DNA of 64,000 bases from Chrysomallon squamiferum (GCA_012295275.1 CM022674.1:2542001-2606000), one strand, 5' to 3'. Shown: positions 1-14,744, numbered from the stretch's first letter. The notes: generated by a model from the sequence alone, not told the origin. Made by a program: numbers and translations.

Positions 1-597
1 AGAATGCTGTCTATGAACTGTAAATAAGCTATCTAAGAACTGTCAGTAAACTATCAGCTGTCAGTAAGCTATCTATAAACTGTCAGTAAGCTATGAACTG
101 TCAGTATGTTGTCTATGAACTGTCAGTAAGCTATCTATAAACTGTCAGTAAGCTATCTATGAATTGTCAGTAAGCTATTTGTTAACTGTCAGTAAGCTAT
201 CTATGAACTGCCAGTAAGCTTTGATTAACTGTCAGTAAGTTATCTATGAACGGTCGGTAAGCTATCTCTGAAATGTCAGTTAGATATCTATGAACCCTCA
301 ATAAGATATCTATGAACTGTTTGTAAAATATCTATGAATTGTTAGTAAGTTATCAATGAATTGTCAGTAAGTTATCTATGATTTGTCAGTAAGTTATCTA
401 TGAACTGTCAGTAAGCTATCTATGAACTGTCAGTAGGATAACTATGAACTGTTTGTAAAATACCTATGAACTGTCAGTAATCTATTTATAATCTGTAAGT
501 CAGTTATCTATGAATTCACAGTAAGTTATCTAAGATTTGTCAGTAAGTTACCTATGAATTGTCAGTAGGATGTCTATGAACTGTCAGGGAGCTGTCA
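1..597. repeat. Degenerate ~22-bp minisatellite (GAACTGTCAGTAAGCTATCTAT)n, running off the window start
   Basis: Repeating aactgtcagtaagctatctatg units with point variants are visible directly. Confidence 0.9.
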
Positions 598-606
598 GGG
601 AATCGA

Positions 607-947
607 CTTGTACATTGAAATTCTTTTTATTTGGGAATCATTTTGTTTTGATGTAAAGTTTTTGTAGGTGACAACGAAATCTATATGTTGGTGCCTACTA
701 TCAAGGGGAGTGGTGAACCGAGAAATAATATTTTTTAAAAAAGTCAGCTTCATTTAGATTTTAATATTATTTACCATTGCAGGATAAAAGAAAAAACTGA
801 TTATTGTTCTGTTAGTCTATCCTTCGGAGGAGGCATCCATATTGCAAGACAGCAACCAGTTATTTCATATATACATATTAATATAAGACATTTATATTAC
901 AATAACAAATTTACCAGTTGCTTCTTGCGATATCTAAGAATAAATTT
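607..947 (+). mobile_element. Dispersed repeat (probable non-autonomous transposon fragment), copy 1
   Basis: Reverse complement matches 29682-30038, e.g. acaacgaaatctatatgttggtgcctacta vs tagtaggcaccaacgtatagatttcgttgt, and cttcggaggaggcatccatattgcaaga vs tcttgcaatatggatgtctcctccgaag. Confidence 0.75.
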
Positions 948-1227
948 TAGTTTGCAATATTTTCCGAAAGTGAATAAGAAAATGACTCTGCCGCTCTTTG
1001 TCTAAAGTTTGCATTTTGAAAGTCTGTCATTTGAATTAAAATGTTCAATGGTCTGAAGCCTAAAAACTAAAATGCAGGTTTCAGTAAAATAAAGGGTTTT
1101 TTTTTAATTTTGCAACATTTTTAGATGATTTTAGTGAATTCGGCGAAATCCAGATCCCTGACTTTTGTTTCAATCGATCTAAAAGTTCTTACCCAAATTC
1201 AGCAGTACCCGATGTATAATTTATTTG

Positions 1228-1283
<56 letters not shown>

Positions 1284-1532
1284 TTTCTTGGCATATCTAG
1301 TATATCTCTGTTGTTATTTGCTGTTACTGTTGTTTGTTTTATTATTGTTATTACTGTTTATGCCGACCCCCCGTGTACTAACCATCCATGAGTCAACGTT
1401 CTAACAAAATACGTAATAACGTACGTCATTAATTTGCACGTCCTAGTTAATATTCTTGTTGGCATAGAGACATGACGTAAGTAGAGAGAACCAGTTTTAT
1501 TAATTTTATTTTTATTACTCTGTTCGTTTTAA

Positions 1533-1585
<53 letters not shown>

Positions 1586-2160
1586 AAAAAAAATGTCTGA
1601 AATATTTATTTATCGATAAATTCAGTACGTCATTCATCAATTGATTCTTTGATTCATGTATTGCTTATCTTATTGGTTTATCCATTTATAAGCACTCATT
1701 CTTCAGCGTATAATAACAATAATAATAGAAGAAATAACATGAAAATAGATAAAGCTTGTTTTATTTTGTATTTCTGGGATTCGACAATACTTGGAATCGA
1801 CGTTCGAAACGCACATAAATGATTTATGAATTAATGCTCAGTTTAATGAATTCGCCAGTATGAAAGGGAAAATTTTTTTTTTACAAAAAAGCAAAAACAA
1901 AAAATTAAATAAAATTACAAACATAACAAAATTTTTTTTTTTAAATTTAAAAAATAATAACAAAAATTAATAAAACAAATTTACGTAAACAACAACAGCA
2001 TAGTTGGTTTGCTTTGGATGAAGAAAACAAAGTTAAAGAATTCATCTGTCAATGGCCTTGTCAATATTCCAGGTCTGGTTGCCGTAACATCCAGGTAATA
2101 AGTATATAAACACTGTGATACGAAACTTAAATCAACCCTTGTCCACTAAAACCGAACATG

Positions 2161-2253
<93 letters not shown>

Positions 2254-2471
2254 CACACACACACACACACAGAAACAGAGCTAGAGAAGAGAGAAATGAA
2301 AAAGCTAGGCAGACAGAGAGGAGATAAAAGAAAAAAAGAGATAGCTACAGATAAATAATAAACTAACAATAACTGAACTTTGTGATGAATAAAAAATAAC
2401 AGTTACGACAGACATTCAGTAGTCCTTGTTTATTCTTGTGAGGAGAACAAATAATCCTTTTTTTTTTTTTT

Positions 2472-2671
2472 TTACATATATGGTGTATATGAATATAGCG
2501 CGTAATTTAGATAGAGGAGTGATGCGTTCACGATGTAGGTGGAAATGCAGACAAGGCACACGGCTCTGAGGACGACAAACAGAACAATGGCCAGATAGAG
2601 GGAGCCAAGTCCTGCTGCTACAGAGCAGTAGAAGAGCAGACACGACGCCGCGTTGTGATCGGGTAGAAATG
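2472..2671 (-). CDS. VKORC1: VKORC1-like exon 3, duplicated copy B (AFLPDHNAAS...AVCLVCISTYIVN...YTPYM*)
   Basis: tttcag acceptor, CxxC active-site motif CLVC followed by TY, TAA stop, minus-strand AATAAA at 2429-2434. Confidence 0.8.
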
Positions 2672-3330
2672 CTGAAAATAAACAGCAAACAGTTTCATGC
2701 ACGCGTTTAGATTTTAAAAGTTGTCATCGTCGATGTCGTGGTAGCAGCATTAGTAGTAGTAACAACAGTAATAGTAGCTGTAGTAGTAGCAGTAATATTA
2801 TTAGTAATAATAATAATAGTATATTAGTAGTAATAGTAGTAATAGTAATCGTATTAATAGTATTAGTCGCAATGGTAATTGTATTAGTAAAAGAAATAAT
2901 AATAACAGAAGTTGTAGTATTTGTATTAGTAGCAGTAGTAATAGTATTGGTATTAACTATTCTTAAACAATAAGAGCGATAGCCTTGGTAGTAATAAAAG
3001 GAATAGTAAGATTAGTTCTAGTAGTTACTGCAGTAGGACTAAATAAATAAACAGTTTGAGAAAATTGTTGAGATTACTGCTACAAACATTGCTACCGCTA
3101 CGTCTACGACTACTATGACAACTACTACTGCCACTATTACTATTACAACAATTACCAGACTTCTGCTACAATAACTGCTACTATTGCGACTATTACTATT
3201 ACTATAATTTCTAGAGTTGTACCTTAAAATAGCTACTATTGCAACTACAACTGCAGCTACTGTTTGTATTATAATTACTACTAGACTTCTACTACAAGAT
3301 GATGATGATGATGACGATAATAATAATAAT

Positions 3331-3378
<48 letters not shown>

Positions 3379-3379
3379 G

Positions 3380-3410
<31 letters not shown>

Positions 3411-3472
3411 AAAGAAAGATGATGATAATTATGATACTGATTTTAATTACGAAAATGTTCATGATTTCTCAC

Positions 3473-3582
3473 CAAGAAGAATCTGAGACGTGTAGAAAAT
3501 GATTCCCAGTGTGCAGTTTCGCTGGTTCAGAAAATGTTCCGGTCCTAATATAAGTGAAACAATGCCAAAGCCTTTACCATAT
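3473..3582 (-). CDS. VKORC1: VKORC1-like exon 2, duplicated copy B (YGKGFGIVSLILGPEHFLNQRNCTLGIIFYTSQILL)
   Basis: 110-bp exon with intact cag acceptor and gtgag donor; matches the vertebrate WGRGFGLV...LNQSNSIFG segment. Confidence 0.8.
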
Positions 3583-3638
3583 CTGTAAGTGAAACATAAA
3601 AAATATATATATATATACAGATATAGATATAGATACAG

Positions 3639-3738
<100 letters not shown>

Positions 3739-3891
3739 GAGGATTCAAAATAGGTTTTAATTGTTACTTTATTTATTTATATTTATTTTTATTTATCAAG
3801 GAAAAAATGCAAAGAATCAGAATCAGAATACAAAGTTAAAATTATCATCATCATTATTATTAATCTTGTTATTCTTCTTGTTATTATTATT

Positions 3892-3926
<35 letters not shown>

Positions 3927-4150
3927 TATTTATATACTATTATTATCATAATTATCATTATTATTATTGTATGTATGTGCGTATGTATGTATATACATGT
4001 ATGTATTTATGTATGGATGTAGCTCTCTATATATCTCTATGTCTATCATCATCATCATTATTATTATTATTATTAGACATCCACAAAACATAGTCTGTTT
4101 CTCACTCTCTCCTTATAATTCATTCTTCTTCTTCGTCGTCTTCTTCTTCT

Positions 4151-4356
<206 letters not shown>

Positions 4357-4617
4357 CTATGTTTGTTGTCTTAGCATATCTAGTATGTCTCTGTTGTTAT
4401 TTGCTGTTACTGTTGTTTGTTTTATTATTGTTATTACTGTTTATTCCGACCCCGCGTACTAACCATCCATGAGTCAACATCCTAACAAAATACGTAATAA
4501 CGTACGTCATTAATTTGCACGTCCTAGTTAATATTCTTGTTGCCATAGAGACATGACGTAGGTAGAGAGAACGAGTTTAATTAATTTTATTTTTATTACT
4601 CTGTTTCTTTTAAATTA

Positions 4618-4657
<40 letters not shown>

Positions 4658-5249
4658 TATTATTATTATTATTATTACAAAAAAAAGACTGAAATATTTA
4701 TTTATCGATAAATTCAGTACGTCATTTATTAAATCAATTGATTCTTTGATTCATGTATTGCTTATTTTATTTGTTTATCCTTTTAAAAGCACTCATTCTT
4801 CAGCGTGTAATAACAATAATAATGGAAGAAATAACATGAAAATAGATAAAGCTTGTTTTATTTTGTATTTCTGGGATTCGACAATACTTGGAATCGACGT
4901 TCGAAACGCACACAAATGGTTTATGAATTAATGCTCAGTTCAGTGAATGTGCCAGTATGAAACAAAAAAAAAACAAAAAGATTTACAAAAAAACAAAAAC
5001 AAAAAATAAAATAAAATTACAAACATAACAAATTTAAAAAAAAATATAAATAAATAAATAAAACAAATCTACATAAACAACAACAACATAGTTGTTTTGC
5101 TATGGATGAAGAAAACTAAGTTAACGAATTCATCAGTCAATGGCCTTGTCAATATTCCAGGTCTGGTTGCCGAAACATCCAGGTAATAAGTATATAAACA
5201 CTGTGATACGAAACTATAATCAACCCTTGTTCACTAAAACCGAAGATGA

Positions 5250-5353
<104 letters not shown>

Positions 5354-5550
5354 AAGAGAGAGAGACAGAGAGATGAGAAAGCTAGGCAGACAGAGAGATA
5401 AAAGAAAAAAAAAGAGATAGCTACAGATAAATAATAAACTAACAATAACTCAACTTTGTTATGAATAAAAAATAACAGTTACGACCAGACATTCAGTAGT
5501 CCTTGTTTATTCTTGTAAGGAGAACAAATAATCATTTTTGTTTTGTTTTT

Positions 5551-5750
5551 TCACATATATAGTGTATATGAATATAGTGCGTAATTTAGATAAAGGAGTG
5601 ATGCGTTCACGATGTAGGTGGAAATGCAGACAAGGCAGACGGCTCTGAGGACGACAAACAGAACAATGGCCAGATAGAGGGAACCAAGTCCTGCTGCTAC
5701 AGAGCAGTAGAAGAGCAGACACGATGCCGCGTTCTGATCGGGCAGAAAGG
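5551..5750 (-). CDS. VKORC1: VKORC1-like exon 3, copy A
   Basis: tttcag acceptor, CLVC motif, TGA stop, AATAAA at 5506-5511 (minus strand). Confidence 0.9.
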
Positions 5751-6414
5751 CTGAAAATAAACAGCAAACAGTTTCATGCAAGCGTTTAGATTTTAAAAGT
5801 CATCATCGTCGATGTCGTGGTAGCAGCATTAGTAGTAGTAATAGCAGTAGTAACACCAGTAATAGTAGCTGTAGTAGTAGCAGTAATTGTATTAGTAGTA
5901 ATAATAATAGTATATTAGTAGTAATAGTAGTAATAGTAATCGTATTAATAGTATTAGTCGTAATGGTAATTGTATTAGTAAAAGAAATAATAATATCAGA
6001 AGTTGTAGTATTAGTAGTAGTACTCATAGTAGTAGTAGTAGTGCTATTACTATTCTTAGTAACAATAAGAGCGATAGCCTTATTAGTAATAAAAGGAATA
6101 GTAAGATTAGTTCTAGTAGTTACTGCAGTAGGACTAAATAAATAAACAGTTTGAGAAAATTGTTGTGATTACTGCTACAAACATTGCTACCGCTACGTCT
6201 ACGACTACGACTACGACAACTACTACTGCCACTATTACTATTACAACAATTACGAGACTTCTGCTACAATAACTGCTTCTACTGCGACTACTACTATTAC
6301 TATAATTTCTAGAGTTGTACCTTAAAATAGCTACTATTGCAACTACAACTGCAGCTGCTGTTTGTACTATAATTACTACTAGACTTCTACTACAAGATGA
6401 TGATGATGATGACG

Positions 6415-6479
<65 letters not shown>

Positions 6480-6940
6480 GGTAAGAAGAAGAAGAAGAAA
6501 AAGAAAGATGATGATAATTATGATACTGATTTTAATTACGAAGATGTTGATGATTTCTCACCAAGAAGGATCTGAGACGTGTAGAAAATGATTCCCAGTG
6601 TGCAGTTTCGCTGGTTCAGAAAATGTTCCGGTCCTAATATAAGTGAAACAATGCCAAAGCCTTTACCATATCTGTAAGTGAAACATAACAAATATATATA
6701 TATATACAGATATAGATATAGATACAGAGATAGATAGATAGATAGATAGATGACGATTCAAAATAGGTTTTAATTGTTACTTTATTTATTTATATTTATT
6801 TTTATTTATCAAGGAAAAAATGCAAAGAATCAGAATCAGAATACAAAGTTAAAATTATCATCATCATTATTATTAATCTTGTTATTCTTCTTCTTATTAT
6901 TATTATTATCATTATTATTTATATTACTAGTATTATCATA

Positions 6941-6985
<45 letters not shown>

Positions 6986-8120
6986 GTTGTTGTTGTTGTT
7001 GTTGTTGTTCTGGTTATTGTTATTACTGTTATTGGTGTTGTAACTGTTAAAGTGATTGTTGTTATTATCCGCAGTGAAACACAAGTAGCAGGTATTACTG
7101 AGAGTAGGCAGTAATGCCAAACAATCATATGAAAGAAAAACTGTGAACCAAAGTAAGAAATAATCTGAAACAAAACTAAGAAATACTCTGAAACAAAACT
7201 AAGAAAGAATTCTGTGAAACAAATACAAGAAATACTGTGAAACAAAATAAGAAAAGCCGTGAAACCAAAGTAAAAATACTCTGAAAAAAAAACTAAGAAA
7301 GAATTCAAACGTGAAACAAATGTAAGAAATACTGTGAAACAAAAAAATGTAAAAAATAATCTAAAAACAAAACTTAAAAAAAACTGATTCTGTGAAAAAA
7401 GATAAGAAACATACAATGAAACAAATGTAAGAAAACACTGTGAAAAACAAAGTTAAGAAATACAAATGTAAATTGTGAAACAAAGTTAAGAAATACAATG
7501 AAAAAATGTAAAATGTTAAAAATTGTGAAACAAAGTTAAGAAATACAGTGAAACAAATGTAAATTGTGAAACAAAGTTAAGAAATACAATGAAACAAATG
7601 TAAATTGTGAAACAAAGTTAAGAAATACAGTGAAACAAAGTTAAGAAATACAGTGAAACAAATGTAAGAAACGCTGTGAAATAAAAATAAGAAACAAAGT
7701 TAAGAAATACAGTGAAACAAATAAAAACGGATTAAACGGATTATATAAAAAAAAAAAAAAAAAAAATTTAAAATAAAAGTTAAAAAGAAACAACAAGAAG
7801 GATTCGAAATAAAAAATTGTCATTTGGAAACGACATAAGAAGAAAGCAACATTCAAGGAAACAAATCATATTTTCTCTTTGTTGTAGTTGTAGTTGTTGC
7901 TGTTGTTGTGGTGGCTGTGGCCCAGGTCTTCTGATACCTACTTGGAACATAAAACCTTGCTGCAGCTGATGCGGTCGTTGATGTCGCAGGAGGCCCTGTA
8001 CGCGACATTTTTCTCTTTGTTCCACTCCACATGCAAGGCGTAGAGAGACAGGACGATTCCCAGCACGTTCAGAAGAAGCCGGTCAACAAAATTGTTTATC
8101 AGCAGATAGGAGAGCAGCAT
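5551..8120 (-). CDS. VKORC1: Vitamin K epoxide reductase complex subunit 1-like, 162 aa; exons 8120-7942, 6671-6562, 5750-5551
   Basis: Spliced in frame (179+110+200 nt = 163 codons including stop). Motifs LSLYALHVE, loop cysteines in YRASCDINDRISCSKV, YGKGFG, LNQRN and CLVC..TY. Three-exon layout with a 110-nt middle exon, as recalled for vertebrate VKORC1/VKORC1L1. Confidence 0.93.
6562..6671 (-). CDS. VKORC1: VKORC1-like exon 2, copy A
   Basis: cag|ATATGGTAAAGGC...CTTCTTG|gtgag; phase 2 to phase 1. Confidence 0.9.
7085..7725. repeat. Degenerate ~23-bp minisatellite (GTGAAACAAAGTTAAGAAATACA)n in VKORC1 intron 1
   Basis: Repeated gtgaaacaaa...agaaatac units. Confidence 0.85.
7942..8120 (-). 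CDS. VKORC1: VKORC1-like first coding exon (MLLSYLLINNFVDRLLLNVLGIVLSLYALHVEWNKEKNVAYRASCDINDRISCSKVLCS)
   Basis: ATG at 8120; AA|gtaggt donor at 7941; a tacag acceptor at 8131-8132 implies an upstream non-coding exon. Confidence 0.92.
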
Positions 8121-8161
8121 TTCTCTAATCCTGTAGCGAAACACAAACAGAATGTGTAAAA

Positions 8162-8253
<92 letters not shown>

Positions 8254-8280
8254 CATTATTATTACTACTACTAATATTAC

Positions 8281-8335
<55 letters not shown>

Positions 8336-8633
8336 GTGATTATTAAATGGCCAAAAACAAGACGGTTTTGGGTTGTTTTTTTAAATGAGACAAAAACACT
8401 TTAAAACATTTTGGCGAGGTAACCGTTTGACATAAACGAATTCATTCAGTGGATTTCGTTTTTAATTGAATAGAGATTAATATTTTATATCTTTTTTTTT
8501 TTTTTAAATCTTTTATAAAAAATTACAAGAAAACAAAAATTAAAAAAATTAAAATTAAAAATAATAAATAATAGAAAATAAATAAAATGTACATTAAGAA
8601 CTACATGAACACATACATAGATATATATGTGTT

Positions 8634-8675
<42 letters not shown>

Positions 8676-8762
8676 CCCATACACACGCACACCCACACAC
8701 ACACATATTCAGTATACATGTATATTAAAAATACATACACATATATATACATACATACATCC

Positions 8763-8793
<31 letters not shown>

Positions 8794-9244
8794 TGTGTGT
8801 ATGTGTGTGTGTGTGTGTGTATAGATATATATATGATGTGGATGTAGCCGCACTCACTAAAATCGTTTAATAATGTTGCAAAACTTTATCCACATTAAAA
8901 AAAAAAAAAAAAAAAAAAGGTAGAACATTCAACTCAGATATGATGTCATTCAAGGCTCTTGTTAATTTTTATTTATTTTCACATTTAAAAACACTTCGTA
9001 GCGAACCCATGGAAACCGACCCCCCTGGGTCGTAAACGCTACAGAAGCGGTCACGTCGCGACACACCCCTTGGTCAAGTAACAGTTGTAGACAGTTCAGT
9101 CTGACCAGTGCGTGTGGCAACAACACCTTATTAGTTCGTGTTACAAAACACAAAGAGCACAATAACAAAACTGAATAACGTGTTGTAGCATGTGAAACTT
9201 GACTGTTACTATTTAGATGCAACGATATTTTTAGGTATGTATGT

Positions 9245-9313
<69 letters not shown>

Positions 9314-10323
9314 AATAAAGAAGACAAAAAGTACTTACTCAGTATCAAAAGAAGACCAGGAAAAACTAAAAACAAAGGGATATTTTCTTGGATCACAGTT
9401 CCTCAGAATGAACAGAAATTTTTTTTTTTACTGCGTTAGTCGATAAGTTGAGTCGTTTCCAAGTTCGCAAAAATCTAAAGCAACAACGGAACACAATGCA
9501 AGAAACATGCGTCTTTTTACAAAGAGCGGTAAAATGCCAAAAAATAAATAAATAAATAAATAAATAAATAAAAATAATAATAATAATAATAATAAATACA
9601 GCAGTGAAAGTTTCGCGTTTCGTTTTTATTTCTGACCGTGATAACGGAACAGATAACAAATGCATGCAGTTTAATAGACGAAGTAGCAGATGATGATGAC
9701 GAGGTTGCTGTATGGTTTCTTCGACATTGATCGATTCGTAAGACAAAGATTAAATCCGGCAGTCATCTGTAAACCTTTCTAAGATAAGAACTAATCGATG
9801 CAACCGATGGGGAAAATATTCTATGAAATTTTGAGATCGAAAAAAAGAAAAAAAGAAATAAAATAAAGAAATAAAGAAAGAAAGCTAGAAAGAAAGAAAG
9901 ATAAAAGAAAGAAAGAAAGAAACAGAAAGAAAAAAGAAAGAAAGAAAGAAAGAAAAAAAAAAAAAGAAAGAAAGAAAGAAAGAAAAGAAAAGAAAAGAAA
10001 AGAAAAGAAAAAGAAAAAAAAAAAAGAAAAATAGAAGAAAGATCGTTTACGTTTGTTGAGGTTAAACTAGGTGCATTTTGTATATATATAATATATAAAT
10101 ATATGTATCTACACATGTATCGATGTTGTATGTGTGTGCATGTATGTCTGTATGTATTGTATGTGCATAATGTTCGTGTCAGTTTATGTGTGCGTGTGTG
10201 TGTGTGTAATTAGTAGTAATAGCAGTTGTAGTAGTAGAAGTAGTATCAATAGTTGTTATTGTACTAGTATCATCAGCAGTATTATCAACAGCAGCAGTAT
10301 TAACGGTGGTGCCTTAGTATTAC

Positions 10324-10356
<33 letters not shown>

Positions 10357-10485
10357 CAGTAGTAGTAGCAGTAGTAGTACAAAAACAGTAACAAGAAGAA
10401 CAAAAGAAGAAAATTTACTTACAAACAATTGATCTTCTTAATATTGTCTATAACCTAATGATAAATATCTACAACAACAACAACA

Positions 10486-10549
<64 letters not shown>

Positions 10550-10623
10550 CAACAATAATAATTTAAAAGAAAAATAGTAATGAAAATAAAATTAATAAAA
10601 CTATTTGTTCCTACCTACGTCCT

Positions 10624-10637
10624 GTTTCTATGGCAAC
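10624..10637. promoter_or_regulatory. RFX X-box consensus GTTTCTATGGCAAC
   Basis: Matches the palindromic X-box pattern; function untested. Confidence 0.3.
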
Positions 10638-10639
10638 AC

Positions 10640-10805
10640 GTGTGTGTGTTTGTATGTGTGTATATTGTCATGGTGTTTGTATATATGTGTCTCTGTGTGT
10701 GTGTTTGTATTGTCATGGTGTTTGTATATATGTGTGTGTGTCTGTGTGTTTGTATTGTCATGGTGTTTGTATATATGTGTGTGTATTTGTTTTGCCATGG
10801 TGTTT
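10640..10805. repeat. ~42-bp tandem repeat (gtattgtcatggtgtttgtatatatgtgt...), about 4 copies
   Basis: Direct repeats are visible. Confidence 0.8.
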
Positions 10806-10814
10806 ATGTGCGTG

Positions 10815-10900
10815 TGGTCAAACCTCTGTATAATGGGCACCCTCAGAACGTCACGAAAGTGGCTGTTAAAGACAGATGACCACTATATGGAGGCTCATAA
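10815..10900 (+). mobile_element. Possible pogo/Tigger-type non-autonomous element end
   Basis: gtcaaacctctgtataatgggcacc...aaagtggctgttaaagacag...gaccactatatggagg resembles CAGTCAAACC-type MITE termini; family assigned from memory only. Confidence 0.4.
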
Positions 10901-11619
10901 TTTAATTACAAATATTCCAATATTATTTTAGCCAGTTTTATAATTGTCACAGACCCTGTCACAGAGTGCTACAAGCACCATTGTAAGAAATAACATTTTT
11001 ACTTCATAAGAAGATTTTCATGTTAGTAAATACCAAAATGTAAAAAAAATAATAAAACAAATAATTAAATTCAAACATAAAAATTTCATTATGATTTGTT
11101 TTGTTGGTTCTTCCAAAAGACAATTGTTTAAAACTGAATTAAACTTCGGAATAGACGAAACCAAAATGAATCGGCATCAATCTTGCAACAGTTGAATTTC
11201 CTTCTTCGGATTTTTCTAATAAAACCTATTCTCTGTTCTTATGTTTAAATAATACATATGTTAGTACAGTGTTGTTTTTTTGTTGTTGTTTTCTTCTCAT
11301 ATTATTTTATGCACACCAAACAATAAATTAATGGCGTAAAAAAATAAGTTATGAAAAAAACTGGGGCACAAATAACATATGAAAGTTTGAGATATAAAAC
11401 AATAAATTTCGTTTATTTTTATCTGTTTACGTATGTTTAGGTGGGTGTATTTTTTATTTTTTTATTTTTTTATTTATATACAAATATATATGTGTGTGTG
11501 TGTTTGTATGTGTATATATATATATTGTATATAAATGTATGTAAGCATCTATACAAGTGATCTAGTCTTTGAGTGTATGATGGTTGAATATGTTTATGTA
11601 TGCATGTGTGTGCATCTGA

Positions 11620-12080
<461 letters not shown>

Positions 12081-12105
12081 AAAAACAATAACATTTTCTA
12101 CACAA

Positions 12106-12621
12106 GGTCATTCCGTGTCAGATCACCCCCACCAAAAAATAAAAAAAAAATAAAAAATTAAACCCGACCGTCTCCGAGTTTTATGAAACTTGATATACTT
12201 GTTGACTGAGATCCCACAGCACAAAATCCAAAAAGTTTAGGCCAATCGGACCAGCGATGTGGGAGATATGGCTCCCCGAATCTTTTGCGATTTGTGTCAA
12301 AAATGGGCGTGACCACCAACCTTTGAACCCTCATACCTCAGGAACTACTGGGCCAATCTTCATACCATTGGTATTGTCGAAAAGGCAATATGACAAGGAT
12401 TCCAAGTCGGCCGTTATTTTTCTGTTTGAAGAATGTTGGGGGTAGCCTGACCTTTTGACCTTTGTTATGACCTTGACATTGACCTCGTGGCTCACGCGAC
12501 CTTGAGATGAACTTTCTTGAAATTTGGTGCTGTGGGATCCCAGTCAAGAAGTATACCAAGTTTCGTAAAAAATCTGAGACGGTCGGGTTTAACCCATTGG
12601 GTGATTTGACACGGAATGACC
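12106..12621. mobile_element. MITE / foldback non-autonomous DNA transposon with long terminal inverted repeats
   Basis: GGTCATTCCGTGTCAGATCACCC (12106) is inverted to GGGTGATTTGACACGGAATGACC (ends 12621); subterminal arm aaacccgaccgtctc...gatcccacagcac is inverted to gtgctgtgggatc...gagacggtcgggttt. Confidence 0.88.
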
Positions 12622-12797
12622 CCACTTTTCTATTATGCACTCGCCAAAGAAGAAGATGATGATGACGATGACGTTGATGATGGTGGTGACTACTACTACT
12701 ACTGATACTACAACTACTAGTAGTAGTACTAATGCCAGTTCTATTACTATTACTAGTACGACTACAGATACTACTACTAGAACTAAGACTAGAAGAA

Positions 12798-12832
<35 letters not shown>

Positions 12833-13311
12833 GGAAGAAGAAGAAGAAGAAGAAGAAGAGGATTTTTAAAAACTAATTAAAGTAAAATTAATTGACATTG
12901 TACTGCTCTTTATCTAAGTCATCTTTCCATAACAACAAGAAAGTTATTAGGAAGTTCAAATCAATGAAGTAGGTTAATAAGTATATTTGTACCTTGTTGA
13001 CCCTCGCTTGATATGTTTATTTACTGCATCTTTCATCATCTATCTATAATATATTCAGGACACTTTACATTTATTAGTTATTTATTTATTTTTGAAATAG
13101 AAGCAACCAAACAGAATTATTTTAACTACATCCTTCGATTTTTTTTATATCTCAAATGCGGAAAAAAAAAATATATATAAAAAAAAAATATTAAAAAAAT
13201 AGTGATAATAAAGAGAAAATCCTGACATGAACTACAAAATCATTCTGTAACATGTCTGATCAAAATAAACTATTTCAGGATAAAAAAGGAATTTGTTAAC
13301 TGTTAAACTGT

Positions 13312-13359
<48 letters not shown>

Positions 13360-13740
13360 TGTTTGTGTGTGCATACATACACAGTTGTTTTGGTGTTTCT
13401 ACATGCGTATTTGTATATTAATTTTGAATATAATTACGTGTGCATGTGATAAAATGTTTATGTCTGTATAAATGTGTATATTATCACTCTATACATATGT
13501 GTTTGTCATGGCGTCCGTGTGCATTCAGAGTATTTGTATGAAATTGTATGAAACGGCTGATTTTTACGTTTTATACACAAAATCCCAAACCGTGCTCGAG
13601 TTTATATTTCACAACTGTTAATTTATTACAAGTAGTTATCGCTATTTTATATTTTTTATTACATATATATATATTTCATGTTTTTGCATTACTAAACGAT
13701 AACTTCACATGGTTTTGACGTGGTATATATATATATATAT

Positions 13741-13789
<49 letters not shown>

Positions 13790-14492
13790 TGTGTAATATA
13801 TTAAAATAATAAATAAAAATTCGTGTCAGTTTTTTCAACGTCTCATTTTGTTTAGTCTTTACAACAGCAACTTCGAAATGAAATTGATACCCATCCCAAA
13901 AAAAGAAAGAAAGAAAAAAAAAGAGTATTATTATTATTGTTGTTATTCTTATTACAGTTGTTGTTGTTGTAGTAGTTGTTATTATTATTATTATTATTAT
14001 TTCTCTTATTTTCATCTACAATAGCGGGGATACGCGGACAAGGGGAAGGAGAAGACAACTCGGTCGAACGAAAGTAAAATAAAATTGGGTTATCGCTCTT
14101 CGCACACAATAACGACGCAAATGAGTTATCGGAAAAAAATAAAAATAAATAAAGGCGTCTACTTCTCATATTCACTGCAGACAGATTTATTTCTCTTCAG
14201 CGGTAGCAAATTACAGTAGAAAATAGGTACGTCTGTGTGTGTGTGTGTTTGTCTGTGTGTCTGTGTGTGTATTAAAACAGGAATAAAATTTAAAATATAA
14301 AAAAGACCAGCGTGCACTTACCAGCAAACAGAGGACTCGTTCGTCAAACACAGACGAGTTGGGTCGTTGTAGTCTTTCTTCTCACAGCGTGTAACCTTTC
14401 GTATTATTTTAATTACTTGCATATGTAATAAAATACAACACCAGTATGTAATGACCATTATGTAAAAACATATGTGTGTGTATGTGTATGCA

Positions 14493-14529
<37 letters not shown>

Positions 14530-14534
14530 GTGTG

Positions 14535-14583
<49 letters not shown>

Positions 14584-14592
14584 ATATATATC

Positions 14593-14623
<31 letters not shown>

Positions 14624-14701
14624 GTGTATATATATATATATATGTGTGTATATGTATGTATATATATATAATATATATATATATCTGTGTATATATGTAT
14701 G

Positions 14702-14744
<43 letters not shown>

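Noticed and set aside
1-597. Regular repeat array resembling a CRISPR
   Set aside because: No unique spacers, no cas genes, eukaryotic context; it is a minisatellite
2416-2688. 90-aa and 86-aa ORFs overlapping the VKORC1 exon 3 copies
   Set aside because: Wrong frame; the differences between copies are mostly synonymous only in the VKOR frame
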